Shown one piece after another: positions 29,446 to 39,477 of a stretch of DNA of 64,000 nt. The translations under genes were made by a program, and so were the position numbers. Source of the DNA: Candidatus Zixiibacteriota bacterium (lineage in GTDB: Bacteria > Zixibacteria > MSB-5A5 > CAIYYT01); assembly GCA_040235515.1 (NCBI GenBank), contig JBECKX010000199.1, forward strand, positions 2,964 through 66,963, given 5' to 3'. The number at the start of each line of letters is the position of its first letter. Positions within the stretch are counted from its first letter, which is position 1. The notes beneath the pieces are model-generated. The model was not told the origin of the DNA, ran no database searches, and was given only the letters and a program-made list of their open reading frames with translations.

Positions 29446-32061
29446 CTATTCCATCTCATACTTACTGATTAACTCGGCAAACCCGGGATGTGCGCGTACC
29501 GGTGCAAAATCAGTTCCGACCTTCAGCAGCTCGATCGAGATCATGGACGGCACACTGAGCAGGAACCGGAGGTGTTCGATCGCACGATCGAGTTCTCCCA
29601 CCATAACGCAGATCAAGGTTAAGGTCTCCAGGTAGGTGCAGCCGAACACCTGGTCTCGCATAAACGGCATAATTTCAACCGCCCTGGCTCCCGACTCAAG
29701 GGCTCTCTCCTTCTCTCCCAACCCGGCCAGCGCCACACCTAGATGGGAATGGTAGCGGGCGTCATCCGGATAGTTTCGCACTTTACTCTCCAGCAAGACT
29801 CTGGCTGATCCGAAGAAGCCGCGCGCTTCCTCGATTGCGCCGGTACGAAGGGATAACCGTCCCTTGTTGATGAAGTACAATTCCATCTCGGTGTCGTCTA
29901 TGAAGAGTTTCTCCATCGCCCGGTTGGGGTCACCACTGCAATACTCGACAAACGGATCAAGCAGTATCCACTCGATCACCATCTCCGCCGGATCGAATTT
30001 CGATTGCACATCGCGGAACACTTCTGCCGCCGCCGAGACTTCGCCGGTGTCGAGCAGGATCGAGATTGCGTGTCGCGCATAGGCATCGATCCAATCAGGT
30101 ACCAGCATCGTTGCCCGTGCGAAGTTGCCGACTGCGACCGTGTATTTGCGCATCAGCATCGCGGTATTGCCCATTTCGTAGGCGAGCAGGGCCGAACGTG
30201 GGTCAAGGTCAGATGCTTTCTGCAGATTGCGCTCGGCATCATTCCAGCGACCGATTCGTCTTTGAATGAATGCGGTAGCCGCCAGCAGGGAGCTGTTGTT
30301 CGGTTGGGCGGTGCGTGCCAGCGCGAAGAACTGTAGAGCCTGCGTGTAGTCATTGCGGGCGTAATAGTAGAAGTATCCCAGCGCCAGATGAGTTTCTTCG
30401 TGATCGGGTGCCAGTTGCCTGGCTTTTTCCACCGCCACCTCCGCGCGTGCAATTCGTTCCGGCGTACGATCGTGGAAGAACCAATACATCGTGGAGTGTG
30501 CCCGGGAGGCGCGGGCATAAGCGATGGCAAACTTCGGATCGAGTGCGACCGCCTGCTCGTACATAACGATCGCCTTCTCGATGTCTTCCGCCGAGGTGCT
30601 CTTGGGGAAAAATTCGTTACCCCGGAGGTAGTAGTCGAACGATTCCAGGTTGTTCGTCGGTCTGACGCCCAGCTCCGATATATCTGACTCACCCAGCGCA
30701 AACCCGAGCGCCTTGGCGATCTCTCCGGCCAACTCCGATTGCAGCGTGAATATCTGATCCAGCACGCGATCGTAAGTTTCGGCCCAAAGGTATGACTCAT
30801 CTTTGGTGTCGATCAGTTTGCAGCTCAACCGAAACTGCGAGGGCTCGCGGGAGGTATCCCAGCGAATCGTACCACTCAATATGTAGCTCACACTCAGCTC
30901 CCGCCCGATCCGTTCCGGCGAGAACTCCCGCAGGTTGAAATGGCGAGCGCTGCTATTCGAGATAACCTTCAATTCGCGGAGCTTTGCCAGTGCGGTGGTT
31001 ATCTCATCAGTGATCCCCTCGGCGAAGTAGCCCTGATCGGCTGCTCCCAGATTTTCAAACGGCAGGATCACCACCGGCTTGCGAACGCTAACCGCCGTAC
31101 GCGTAACAGCGGAGAGGGAAGAATTGTCGGCGATCGGGATCGAAACCGCGGCAGTGACATCGAGTGACGAATCGGTTGCTGTCGCCACCAACGGCTGGTG
31201 CAGGAGGGTGCGCAGCGCATTCCCGAACTCGTTCGCATTCTGAAAACGATCGCTTTTGCGTTTCTCCAGTGCCTTGTTCACGACTCCAGCCAGTTCTGCC
31301 GAAACCGCCGGGGCACTCTGCGTCACAACGGGCGGAGGGTCGTTGATAATCGCCATCAAGGTTCCAACCTCGTTTTCGCGCTTGAATGGTGACACGCCAC
31401 CAAGCATTTCGTAGAGCATCACTCCGAGCGAAAAGATATCAGACTGCTGATCCAGCTCTTCACCGCGAGCCTGCTCCGGTGACATATAGGCGATTGTGCC
31501 GAGACGAACACCGGTGCTCGTGAGATTTGAAATCGACTGAAATTTGGCCAGCCCGAAATCGAGAATCTTAACCTGCCGGCGACGGTTCACAACGATGTTA
31601 GCGGGTTTGATGTCGCGGTGAATGATGCCTGCTTCGTGGGCAGCGCTCAAGCCGTCGCAGATTTGTATGGCGATCTCACACGCCTCTGTGACCGAAAGCT
31701 TGCGCGACTGGAGCAACTGCTTGAGCGATTCCCCCTCGACCAGCTCCATCGCGATGAACTGTCTCCCCTGGAACTCCCCGATTTCATAAATCGTGATGAT
31801 GTTCGGATGGTTCAGCGAAGCGGCTGTCTGAGCCTCGCGCAGGAAACGTGAACGAGTCTCCGAATCATCAGCAACCTGTTCCGGCAGGAGTTTAAGGGCA
31901 AGCTCCCTGTGAAGGCGGGGGTCGAAAGCACGAAACACCTCTCCCATGCCCCCGGCGCCAAGTTTACCGCGAACCTCGAAATGCGCCACCTGGCGTGGCA
32001 AGTCGCCGGCGGGAGTCAACCGAGTACGATTCGTTTCGTCATTTTGATCTTGGTCTACCAT
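29446..32061 (-). CDS. Ser/Thr protein kinase with a TolB-N-like middle domain and C-terminal TPR repeats (paralog 1).
   Basis: Kinase motifs are present: GAGGMGEVFRAFD, VAIK-like ALKLL, HRDIKPANIVV, DFGLAK and SPEQ. The middle block reads VVILPFENLGAADQGYFAEGITDEITTAL. A long TPR array follows. Confidence 0.85.
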   Translation of the reverse strand: MVDQDQNDETNRTRLTPAGDLPRQVAHFEVRGKLGAGGMGEVFRAFDPRLHRELALKLLPEQVADDSETRSRFLREAQTAASLNHPNIITIYEIGEFQGRQFIAMELVEGESLKQLLQSRKLSVTEACEIAIQICDGLSAAHEAGIIHRDIKPANIVVNRRRQVKILDFGLAKFQSISNLTSTGVRLGTIAYMSPEQARGEELDQQSDIFSLGVMLYEMLGGVSPFKRENEVGTLMAIINDPPPVVTQSAPAVSAELAGVVNKALEKRKSDRFQNANEFGNALRTLLHQPLVATATDSSLDVTAAVSIPIADNSSLSAVTRTAVSVRKPVVILPFENLGAADQGYFAEGITDEITTALAKLRELKVISNSSARHFNLREFSPERIGRELSVSYILSGTIRWDTSREPSQFRLSCKLIDTKDESYLWAETYDRVLDQIFTLQSELAGEIAKALGFALGESDISELGVRPTNNLESFDYYLRGNEFFPKSTSAEDIEKAIVMYEQAVALDPKFAIAYARASRAHSTMYWFFHDRTPERIARAEVAVEKARQLAPDHEETHLALGYFYYYARNDYTQALQFFALARTAQPNNSSLLAATAFIQRRIGRWNDAERNLQKASDLDPRSALLAYEMGNTAMLMRKYTVAVGNFARATMLVPDWIDAYARHAISILLDTGEVSAAAEVFRDVQSKFDPAEMVIEWILLDPFVEYCSGDPNRAMEKLFIDDTEMELYFINKGRLSLRTGAIEEARGFFGSARVLLESKVRNYPDDARYHSHLGVALAGLGEKERALESGARAVEIMPFMRDQVFGCTYLETLTLICVMVGELDRAIEHLRFLLSVPSMISIELLKVGTDFAPVRAHPGFAELISKYEME

Positions 32062-32286
32062 CTCTGCTGATGAAAATTCGGTTTAGTTCGCGCTCGACGA
32101 GTTTCATGGTTGAAGTGGTTTGCAGCCGAAAGGTAGGGCAAAATAAGGCTGCTGGCAATTCAATTAGCCAGAATGCTCATCGATGCGCAATCTACTCGCA
32201 AAAAAGAAACCGGTCGCAAACGGATGTGACCGGTTTCATGAATCAGCTTTCCGGGCGATCCTTCCCGGCCTGCGATGAGAATTCGA

Positions 32287-32811
32287 CTACGGAGCAAACA
32301 ATTGCATCACGATCGCAACGGCGTCCGCAACCGAGACTCTGCCGTCAGCATCGGCATCCCCGCCGCACGACGTAGCAGGGGTCGGTCCGCCGGCAAAGAT
32401 GAAATTGATAATGTAGACGGCGTCGGAAATCGTCACGCTTCCACTACCGTCGGCATCTCCGCCAAGGCAGGGCTTGGCAAAGTTCTGCCAGAAACCCTGG
32501 TGGATCACATAGTTCGGAGTGCTAACCACACCGACTGCAGTCTGGACGGCAGTTCCGAACAGGTATTTGTCTGTTCCAATTGTCGCCCTGGTACCCCCCG
32601 ATGAAACGACATCCCAACGCACCGAAGTATTCCTGATCAGGTACTTCGGCGCCGGATTAGCTGTCCCATCAATCTCAGCAGGGCTGCTTGCCACAGCGTC
32701 TTTCGGCGGTGCCGGTAGGTCAGTCGCCTCTGCCAGCCCGATAGCTGGAAAAGCCAGCATCAGCAGCAAGAGGAGCAGGCAAGACCTCAAAAGGGTGTTC
32801 GATTGCTGCAT
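32287..32811 (-). CDS. Secreted protein with a C-terminal dockerin-type tandem Ca-binding repeat.
   Basis: A signal peptide is present. Two repeats match the dockerin pattern D-x-D-x-DG-x-V-x-x-x-D-x-x-x-(I/V): GDADGSGSVTISDAVYIINFIF and GDADADGRVSVADAVAIVMQLF. Confidence 0.6.
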   Translation of the reverse strand: MQQSNTLLRSCLLLLLLMLAFPAIGLAEATDLPAPPKDAVASSPAEIDGTANPAPKYLIRNTSVRWDVVSSGGTRATIGTDKYLFGTAVQTAVGVVSTPNYVIHQGFWQNFAKPCLGGDADGSGSVTISDAVYIINFIFAGGPTPATSCGGDADADGRVSVADAVAIVMQLFAP

Positions 32812-32824
32812 ACCAACCTCACTT

Positions 32825-34033
32825 CTACTGCTTCTCTGCGACTTTGGTCTGTACCAGCGACTTCAATTCGGCGAGTTCTGCCTTCAGAACTGCAATCTCC
32901 GCAGCCTGTTGTGAGAGTTGCGTTCCGAATTGCTGCGCCGATCCACCGCCGACCGGCATTTGCGCCGGCCCTGTCGGTGTCTGAACCCGGGCTGTTATGT
33001 CTTGCTCCGCTCCATCGATTACGCCGTACGCCTTGGGAATGAAAATGAGTGACATGGTTGACTTTGAAATCTTGAAATCATGATTTCCTTCCGTACGCTG
33101 ACCCAGCATGTAAAACGAGTTCTCACCTGCGGTTACGGGGAAAATCCGATAGAGCGAGATGACATTGCGGTGAAGCTGGGCGGTTTTTTCCCAGCCGTTG
33201 TAAACGGTCCAGCGTTTTTGCTGATCGGCCGGCAGCGAACCGGGTGTGTCGGTGATTCCCGACAAGAGGGTCATGTTGTAGTCGGCATTGTTGTTTCCTT
33301 CAGCTTCGAAGGAACCCATGGCCATGACAAATCCATCGGTCGGACAATTGATGCTGTGGGATTGAATCTGCACGAGAGAAGTCGAGACAATAACTTCGTC
33401 TCCACTGATCGCCTGCGCTGCACCTGAGTTAATCGCAGCCGTGCACTGAAAACTTGAATCAGCAGCGAACTCCAGGCACGGAACAAAAACTTCCGTTTTG
33501 CTGGCCCAGAATCGCACGACGCCATCGCCGTCAAACAACTCAATTCGGACTCCCTCTTCGTCGGCGCCCTTGCCGCTGTTCTCTTCCACGCCAACCGTGC
33601 CTGAAATCACACCTCCGCGTGCGCCATCCACGGTCTCGACTCGGCTCGAATAACCGACCGACACGAGCCGCGTCCTGGGAGTGCTTTCCGGCTCACCCTC
33701 GATGGTAAGCCCGAGGTAACTCAACGAAGTAGCGAAGACATCCTCCGTAATCGGGACCGTCTCGCCGAGAATCACCGAGAACAAGCCATCGGCGACATCA
33801 ATCGTAAGAGTCTCCTCCCACTTCAGATTGGCGGCGTTGGCCGCAATCGGGTCGTCCCAAATCCGGAACGTTACAACCAATCCCTGGGCATTGATCGGTT
33901 GGCCGTCGGCGTCGGCAAGGAGCCCCTGGTAGTTCAAGAGACTGGGAGTTACCCCCTGACCCATTACCGCTGTGGCGCCGCAAATCAGCGACAGGGTAAG
34001 AATCAGGATCAATAAACTGGTCCTGCGCATCAA
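32825..34033 (-). CDS. Secreted hypothetical protein with a C-terminal coiled coil, upstream partner of the dockerin protein.
   Basis: A signal peptide is present. The protein is beta-rich and ends in a heptad-repeat segment (QQAAEIAVLKAELAELKSLVQ). The gap to the dockerin gene is 13 nt. Confidence 0.5.
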   Translation of the reverse strand: MMRRTSLLILILTLSLICGATAVMGQGVTPSLLNYQGLLADADGQPINAQGLVVTFRIWDDPIAANAANLKWEETLTIDVADGLFSVILGETVPITEDVFATSLSYLGLTIEGEPESTPRTRLVSVGYSSRVETVDGARGGVISGTVGVEENSGKGADEEGVRIELFDGDGVVRFWASKTEVFVPCLEFAADSSFQCTAAINSGAAQAISGDEVIVSTSLVQIQSHSINCPTDGFVMAMGSFEAEGNNNADYNMTLLSGITDTPGSLPADQQKRWTVYNGWEKTAQLHRNVISLYRIFPVTAGENSFYMLGQRTEGNHDFKISKSTMSLIFIPKAYGVIDGAEQDITARVQTPTGPAQMPVGGGSAQQFGTQLSQQAAEIAVLKAELAELKSLVQTKVAEKQ

Positions 34034-34302
34034 CTCACCTCATTGATAGTTGTGTATTTGAATCGGGTCCGTGGATTATCTGTGTTGCGAATTGCGGTCT
34101 CAACTTTACCACCGGCTGAAGGCTGTTTCCAGTCCAATCCCAACGGCGGCCAAAACATGAAGTAACACCCCCGCCAATTCTGTGTGATAAAGCTACTCCC
34201 CCGATGAGCGGTAGGCAAGATGAAAATAGATTTAGTGGAACTAATTTTACCAGATAACGGGGCCGAAACGCAGCCGGACGATCAGGTCAATCTCCCGGCG
34301 GA

Positions 34303-35235
34303 TCAGTGGCTGTTTCTGACCGCGCTCACCCCTCCCAGCCGTTGCCTCAGCCAGGCGAGTTTTTCCTGCGGACCTCTCAGCCTCGTACTCCAGTCAGGTT
34401 CCGGATCGTTGAAGTAGATGTCATAACGCAGGGTCACCACATCTGAGATATTCTCGAATTCCGCCTCTGCATCGTACATCCGATTGAAAAAGAGGGGGTA
34501 GTTATAGTTGGGGGGCAGTTCCAGCAGCTGATCCTGATCCAGCTTGTTCAGTACCGCGCCGACTAGCGCCGCCTGGTGCAGGAAGATATTCCGATTGATA
34601 TTCTGGTGGCAGAGCCTTTTGATCAGCGGATCGTGCGCGAGCCGCCGGAAATCTATCACCCAGCTACGGAAGATCAGATTCTCCGGCCTGGTCACCAGTA
34701 AACCGGCGTTGAAGTAAGCCCTGATCTGCTTCTGGTCGGCGGGTGTCGTCATCTCAAACAGTTCACACTCGTCGAGATCGAAAAGCTGATAGATCCGTGC
34801 CCAGAACTGATCCGGTGTCTCGCCGATGAGAGAGCCGGATCGATTGTGCATCACCGGACGGTAGGCGAATTCGGTTCCAGCGTTGAGCAGCAGTTCCTCC
34901 GGTTCAGCGAGAATGATCGTGTCTTCATCCAGCCAGACCAGAAGCTCCGCCTCCAGCGAGAGCGCCACCTCCTCAGCAACCGCCGCGGCGAGTGGTTTAT
35001 CGGCAAAGAAATAGAGGCGGGCTTCATCGGATGGCTCAAATCTCCGAATCAGCCCCGAAAGCCGGTCGAATTCCGCTCCGATCGGAGCTTCGATTTCGCA
35101 CGATGTCGGAATGACGATGATAAACGGTGCGGCGGCAAGACCCCCGCCGAAGTTGCGCATGCTTTCCAGCAGATATGTTACATGCTCAAGCTGTTCGCTC
35201 GACTCAGCATATGTTCCCGCTACAACCCTGGTCAC
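34303..35235 (-). CDS. Hypothetical protein, possibly a GT-A-like nucleotide-sugar transferase.
   Basis: A DxD-like LVWLDEDTIIL motif is embedded in an alpha/beta region. No signal peptide is present. Assignment is weak. Confidence 0.3.
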   Translation of the reverse strand: MTRVVAGTYAESSEQLEHVTYLLESMRNFGGGLAAAPFIIVIPTSCEIEAPIGAEFDRLSGLIRRFEPSDEARLYFFADKPLAAAVAEEVALSLEAELLVWLDEDTIILAEPEELLLNAGTEFAYRPVMHNRSGSLIGETPDQFWARIYQLFDLDECELFEMTTPADQKQIRAYFNAGLLVTRPENLIFRSWVIDFRRLAHDPLIKRLCHQNINRNIFLHQAALVGAVLNKLDQDQLLELPPNYNYPLFFNRMYDAEAEFENISDVVTLRYDIYFNDPEPDWSTRLRGPQEKLAWLRQRLGGVSAVRNSH

Positions 35236-35472
35236 GGAACAAGATTCTCCTTCAAGAATAATCTACGGGTCAGTATTGGTGCAGTTGCGAATAGTGGAGG
35301 AGATTCGCCAACTGCATTATCAATGCCATTCGTCTCCAGTTTCGACGTCAGGTTCAAACTTGATTCTGGCGTCTATTCCGGTATGATTGGAGGGTAAAGC
35401 CGTTAGCAGCGCAGTCCGGTGGCGATATCTTCAGGTAGGGCCACGCCAAAACGATAATCCCGGGAGGCGACC

Positions 35473-36537
35473 ATGCCCCGAATTCTGGCCATTCTCCTGA
35501 TCGCAGTTCTGCTTTTTTCTGCGACAGTCGAGCTTCAGGCACAACAGTCGCTCAAGATAGCAACAAAAGAAACACCGCCCTTCGTCATGAAGCGGGAGGA
35601 TGGCTCCTGGTACGGGATTACGATAGATCTCTGGCGTCAAATCGCTGAGGAGTTGAAACTCACCTACGAGTTTACCGAAACCGATCTAGATGGGATGGTC
35701 CGGGGACTGAGCGACGGCAGCTACGATGTTGCCGTAGCTGCGCTCACCGTGACCGCCGAACGAGAACGTATGTTTGATTTCACCCATCCGTTTTTCGCAA
35801 CCGGTCTCACAATCGCGACTGCCAGATCAGGCTCTTCCAACTGGTTCGTGGCCCTGAGGAAACTATGGTCACCGCAACTGATCAAGAGTGTCGGTTCGCT
35901 GGCTCTGGTTCTGCTGCTGGTCGGGTTCCTCGTCTGGATGGTGGAGCGAAAAGCAAACCCGGATGAGTTCGGCGGCGGCCCCATGAGCGGGCTGTGGTCA
36001 GGGTTCTGGTTCTCCGCAGTAACCATGACGACGGTGGGTTATGGCGACAAGTCACCGAAAACGGTTACGGGACGGATACTGGCTCTCATCTGGATGTTCA
36101 TGGCGATCATCATCATCTCCGGGTTTACCGCGGCCATCGCAGCGGCGTTCACGGTGACCCAACTGGAGTCTCAGATTACAGGTCCGGAGGATCTGGTCGG
36201 ATTGAAGGTGGGCTCGGTACCGAACTCCACCAGCGCTCACTATCTGGAGTCAAACAATATAAACTACATTGGCTTTGAGAGCGCGGCAGCAGGCGTGAAG
36301 GCGCTCGGCGATAAGGAACTCGATGCCTTCGTGTATGACCGGCCGATCCTTCGCTATCTGGTGAACAAATCGCACTCCGGCAGATTGAGAGTCCTTCCTA
36401 ATTACTTCGAGCGACAAGACTACGCCATTGCTCTCAAGGAAGGCAGCCCGCTACGCGAGGCGATCAATCAGGTACTCCTGCGGCGCGTGCAATCACCCGA
36501 TTGGGAACGACTGCTGACCTCCTACCTCGGCGACTAG
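35473..36537 (+). CDS. Prokaryotic ionotropic glutamate receptor-like K+ channel (GluR0-type: binding lobe S1, M1-P-M2 pore, binding lobe S2).
   Basis: A signal peptide is present. The N-terminal lobe resembles a polar-amino-acid binding protein (LKIATKETPPFVMKR...WYGITIDLWRQIAEEL). Two transmembrane helices flank a pore loop with the K+ selectivity filter TTVGYGD. A second binding lobe follows (VGSVPNSTSAHYLE...FVYDRPILRYL). Confidence 0.7.
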   Translation: MPRILAILLIAVLLFSATVELQAQQSLKIATKETPPFVMKREDGSWYGITIDLWRQIAEELKLTYEFTETDLDGMVRGLSDGSYDVAVAALTVTAERERMFDFTHPFFATGLTIATARSGSSNWFVALRKLWSPQLIKSVGSLALVLLLVGFLVWMVERKANPDEFGGGPMSGLWSGFWFSAVTMTTVGYGDKSPKTVTGRILALIWMFMAIIIISGFTAAIAAAFTVTQLESQITGPEDLVGLKVGSVPNSTSAHYLESNNINYIGFESAAAGVKALGDKELDAFVYDRPILRYLVNKSHSGRLRVLPNYFERQDYAIALKEGSPLREAINQVLLRRVQSPDWERLLTSYLGD

Positions 36538-36565
36538 CCCTCCACTCTTCCAGGTTCTGGACGCG

Positions 36566-37366
36566 TTAGTGTTTCAGGGCTGGAATACGAATGATCCCAA
36601 AAGCTAGCAGCATGACGCCGAACACACATACGACCGTAGCGCCGGGTGGGGTATCGATTTCGAATGACAACCAGAGGCCGATCAGTGACCCGACCACGCC
36701 GAAAATCCAGCCGAGCGTCAGCCGCACGCCGATCCTATCGGAGATCAGGGCCGCAAACACCGACGGCACTACCAGGAAAATAAACACGAGCAGCACCCCG
36801 CAGATCTTTACTGATGAAGTAACCACCAGGGCAAAGGAGGCGTAGAACAGCAAGTCCCACAGCTTGCTGTTTCTTGCCTTTCCCGGTTCGAATGTCAACT
36901 GCAGAAACCGTCTCCGCGCCAGCCAATGGAATGCACCCACTACCGCGTAGATCCCGGCGGTCTTCAAGACTATCGCGGGGGTCACGGTTAGAATGCTGCC
37001 CACCAGCAGGTAACGGATATGTTCCGCGCCCTCCGGCGAGTGACTCACCAGCAGTATCGCGGCTGCGGAGCTGACCGCGTAAACGATTCCAATGATCGCC
37101 TCCTGCGGTACCCTCCCCTCGATCCTGCGCGTGAGGGTAAAGATCACGCCGCCGAGCAGGGCAAACCCAAGCGACAGGACATAGGATGTCCCATCGCCTG
37201 GATCGTGTCCTAACAAAATCGCGAGTGTCATTCCGAGCGCAGCCACTTGCGCCAGTGAGAGGTCTACAAAGATGATGCCGCGCCTGATGATGTGAAGTCC
37301 GAAGTAAACATGAATCCCCACGAGCACCAGGCAGGCGATCAGCGGCCAGAGCAGGAATTGCCACAT
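36566..37366 (-). CDS. Metal (Zn/Mn) ABC transporter permease, ZnuB/TroC family.
   Basis: The ATG at 37366 lies 14 nt after the binding-protein gene stop. The protein has about 8 transmembrane helices. The N-terminus reads MWQFLLWPLIACLVLVGIHVYFGLHIIRRGIIFVDLSLAQVAALG. Confidence 0.85.
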   Translation of the reverse strand: MWQFLLWPLIACLVLVGIHVYFGLHIIRRGIIFVDLSLAQVAALGMTLAILLGHDPGDGTSYVLSLGFALLGGVIFTLTRRIEGRVPQEAIIGIVYAVSSAAAILLVSHSPEGAEHIRYLLVGSILTVTPAIVLKTAGIYAVVGAFHWLARRRFLQLTFEPGKARNSKLWDLLFYASFALVVTSSVKICGVLLVFIFLVVPSVFAALISDRIGVRLTLGWIFGVVGSLIGLWLSFEIDTPPGATVVCVFGVMLLAFGIIRIPALKH

Positions 37367-37380
37367 ACGCTTTTTTCCCC

Positions 37381-38274
37381 TTACCTTCCTGAAGCCTGCA
37401 GCAGGGCGTCGAGGTTGCCCTTGAACCACATCACATAAGACTCGTCACCGCTGCGACCTTTGATCGAGGGATAGAGCGTTACGACTTTGGCACCGCTCTC
37501 AGAGGCAATCTTCTCCGGAACGCGCTTGTCGAAGTAAGGCTCAACTCCAATCACTTTGATCCCCCGGCTGCTGACATCTTCCGCCAGCTCCTTGACATGC
37601 GACGGCGAGGGCGCCACTCCCGGATATGGTTCGATGAAGTCAACGGCGGTGATACCGACATACCTGTCGAAGTAGGGCCAGGAATTGTGGTAGTAGACAG
37701 CCTCCAGCCCCTTGAGCCGGTCAATCTCCGGTTGCAGGGCCGCGAGATCTGAATTGAGTTGTTCGAGAAACCGTTCGCGATTCATTTTGTAGGCATCTGC
37801 GTTGGCTGCGTCCGCCTCAGTCAGTCCCTCGACGATTGCCTGCGTGATGTCACCCACATTCTGCGGTCCCAGCCAGTAATGGGGGTTACCGAAACGATGC
37901 AGGTCGCCGTAGCGCGCGTCCGCTTTGAACGTTGGGACTTCGAGCGGCTTGATATACCTGGAGCAATCAACGATGATCAACCTGCTGTTGCGCGACCCAT
38001 CGATGATCTGATCCATCCACATGTCCAGTTCCAGGCCGACCTTCAGGGCAACATCCGCCTTACTCACCTTGACCATGTAAGAAGGGCGAACCTCGATGAA
38101 GTGAATATCCGCATTCGGCGGCGCGATTCGCTCGATTTCGATCAGCTCTCCGCCGATCTCTTCTGCGAAGTAGGCAAGATCAGCGGTCGAAGCTACAACC
38201 TTGACTTTGGCAGCCAATATTCCAGGCATCGAGAGCAGTGCGACCAGAAGTAGTGAAATTAGCTTCATTACCAT
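37381..38274 (-). CDS. Metal (Zn/Mn) ABC transporter substrate-binding protein, TroA/ZnuA family.
   Basis: A signal peptide is present. Cluster A-1 binding-protein blocks include KVKVVASTADLAYFAEEIGG, HYWLGPQN and IKVIGVEPYFDKRV. Confidence 0.85.
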   Translation of the reverse strand: MVMKLISLLLVALLSMPGILAAKVKVVASTADLAYFAEEIGGELIEIERIAPPNADIHFIEVRPSYMVKVSKADVALKVGLELDMWMDQIIDGSRNSRLIIVDCSRYIKPLEVPTFKADARYGDLHRFGNPHYWLGPQNVGDITQAIVEGLTEADAANADAYKMNRERFLEQLNSDLAALQPEIDRLKGLEAVYYHNSWPYFDRYVGITAVDFIEPYPGVAPSPSHVKELAEDVSSRGIKVIGVEPYFDKRVPEKIASESGAKVVTLYPSIKGRSGDESYVMWFKGNLDALLQASGR

Positions 38275-38279
38275 TCTCC

Positions 38280-39464
38280 TCAGAAGTTATGCGGTTTGTG
38301 GGGGCCAAGGCTAAAGAGGAACTGCAGTGTCAGTTCCCAGTATCCGTCAGCCCCATCCGGCTCAGTCCAATTCGCCACCAGGCGCACCAGCGACGTTTCT
38401 TCAATCGGTGCGAAGCCGGCAAATATCCCCAGCCGCCAGGTATCGGCGCTGAGCGTGTGGTCAGCATCAGCTGAAGTGATCCGGCCGAGTGACTCAACTG
38501 CTTCAGTTTCAGCATGGACATGCTGCCTCCGTCGCAGCCACTCAACGATCCCTCCGGCATTGTATTTCTGCCGGAAACGGTAATCGAGATAGCCGTAGCC
38601 GCCATAAGAGTTCAGGTGATTTCCATCAGGCAATTCTTCGATGCGAACAACTGCCTCAGCTTCGATCTGCAGTGCGGTGTAACGGTCAGGGCGATACTTG
38701 AATTTCGCATCCCCACCCAACAGCGTGGCTCTGAGCTGTTCCGGGTCACTGCCGGCGTCCAATTCGTCATGCTCGAATGCGTAAATCGCGCTGGCGACGG
38801 AGCCACCAACGGCAAATTCGCTGAACTCACCGGTGGGAATCGAAGTTGTCAGCCGACCGAAAACACCAAGCCCCGGCTCAGCTTCCACCTCTTCCTCTTC
38901 GTGCTCCGTCTCTTCGTGGTGATGGCTGAACAATAGGTCTCCCTGGAGTGCGGCGATCATCACCTCGGTAAAAGCGGAACCGGTGGGGATCATGAACGAA
39001 CCGCGAACGGCTACGTCATTGAGACCCTCTTCACCGAAGAAACTCTCGTGCACCAACGGCCGGTGCAGGAAGGAGTAAGCGTGCGGATGAACCGTGTTCA
39101 GTCGCCCGAACTCCAGCAAGTATTTGCCGACGCGCAGATTCATACCGAATGGCAAGCCGCGCAGGATCGTGCCGTACAGTTCTTCGATTTCTGCACTATG
39201 TTCACCATGCCACGCCAGGTTCATCGCCGCGCTGGCATAGGGGTTGAGGTAGCCGCTGATGTAAAGCTCAAGCCCCGGATCAGCGAGCCTGAGTTCCTCA
39301 GAGTCGATGGCCCGTAATTCATCGTTGTGAATAAAGCCCCTGAAATCTCCAACCACGGAGATGTCAGGGTTTAAAGTGGTCTGGGCTGATGCCGAGGCCA
39401 TTGCCGCCATCAGCAAGAGTCCGACCACTACCGAAATCGTTTTAGGGTAAACTCCCGGTTGCAT
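38280..39464 (-). CDS. Outer-membrane beta-barrel protein with a His/Glu-rich loop (candidate metal-regulated porin).
   Basis: The ATG at 39464 has a GGAGGAG ribosome-binding site. A signal peptide is present. The loop LLFSHHHEETEHEEEEVEAE is His/Glu-rich. The protein has alternating beta-strand character and a C-terminal aromatic residue (...HNF). Confidence 0.55.
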   Translation of the reverse strand: MQPGVYPKTISVVVGLLLMAAMASASAQTTLNPDISVVGDFRGFIHNDELRAIDSEELRLADPGLELYISGYLNPYASAAMNLAWHGEHSAEIEELYGTILRGLPFGMNLRVGKYLLEFGRLNTVHPHAYSFLHRPLVHESFFGEEGLNDVAVRGSFMIPTGSAFTEVMIAALQGDLLFSHHHEETEHEEEEVEAEPGLGVFGRLTTSIPTGEFSEFAVGGSVASAIYAFEHDELDAGSDPEQLRATLLGGDAKFKYRPDRYTALQIEAEAVVRIEELPDGNHLNSYGGYGYLDYRFRQKYNAGGIVEWLRRRQHVHAETEAVESLGRITSADADHTLSADTWRLGIFAGFAPIEETSLVRLVANWTEPDGADGYWELTLQFLFSLGPHKPHNF

Positions 39465-39477
39465 AGTCTCCTCCAGA

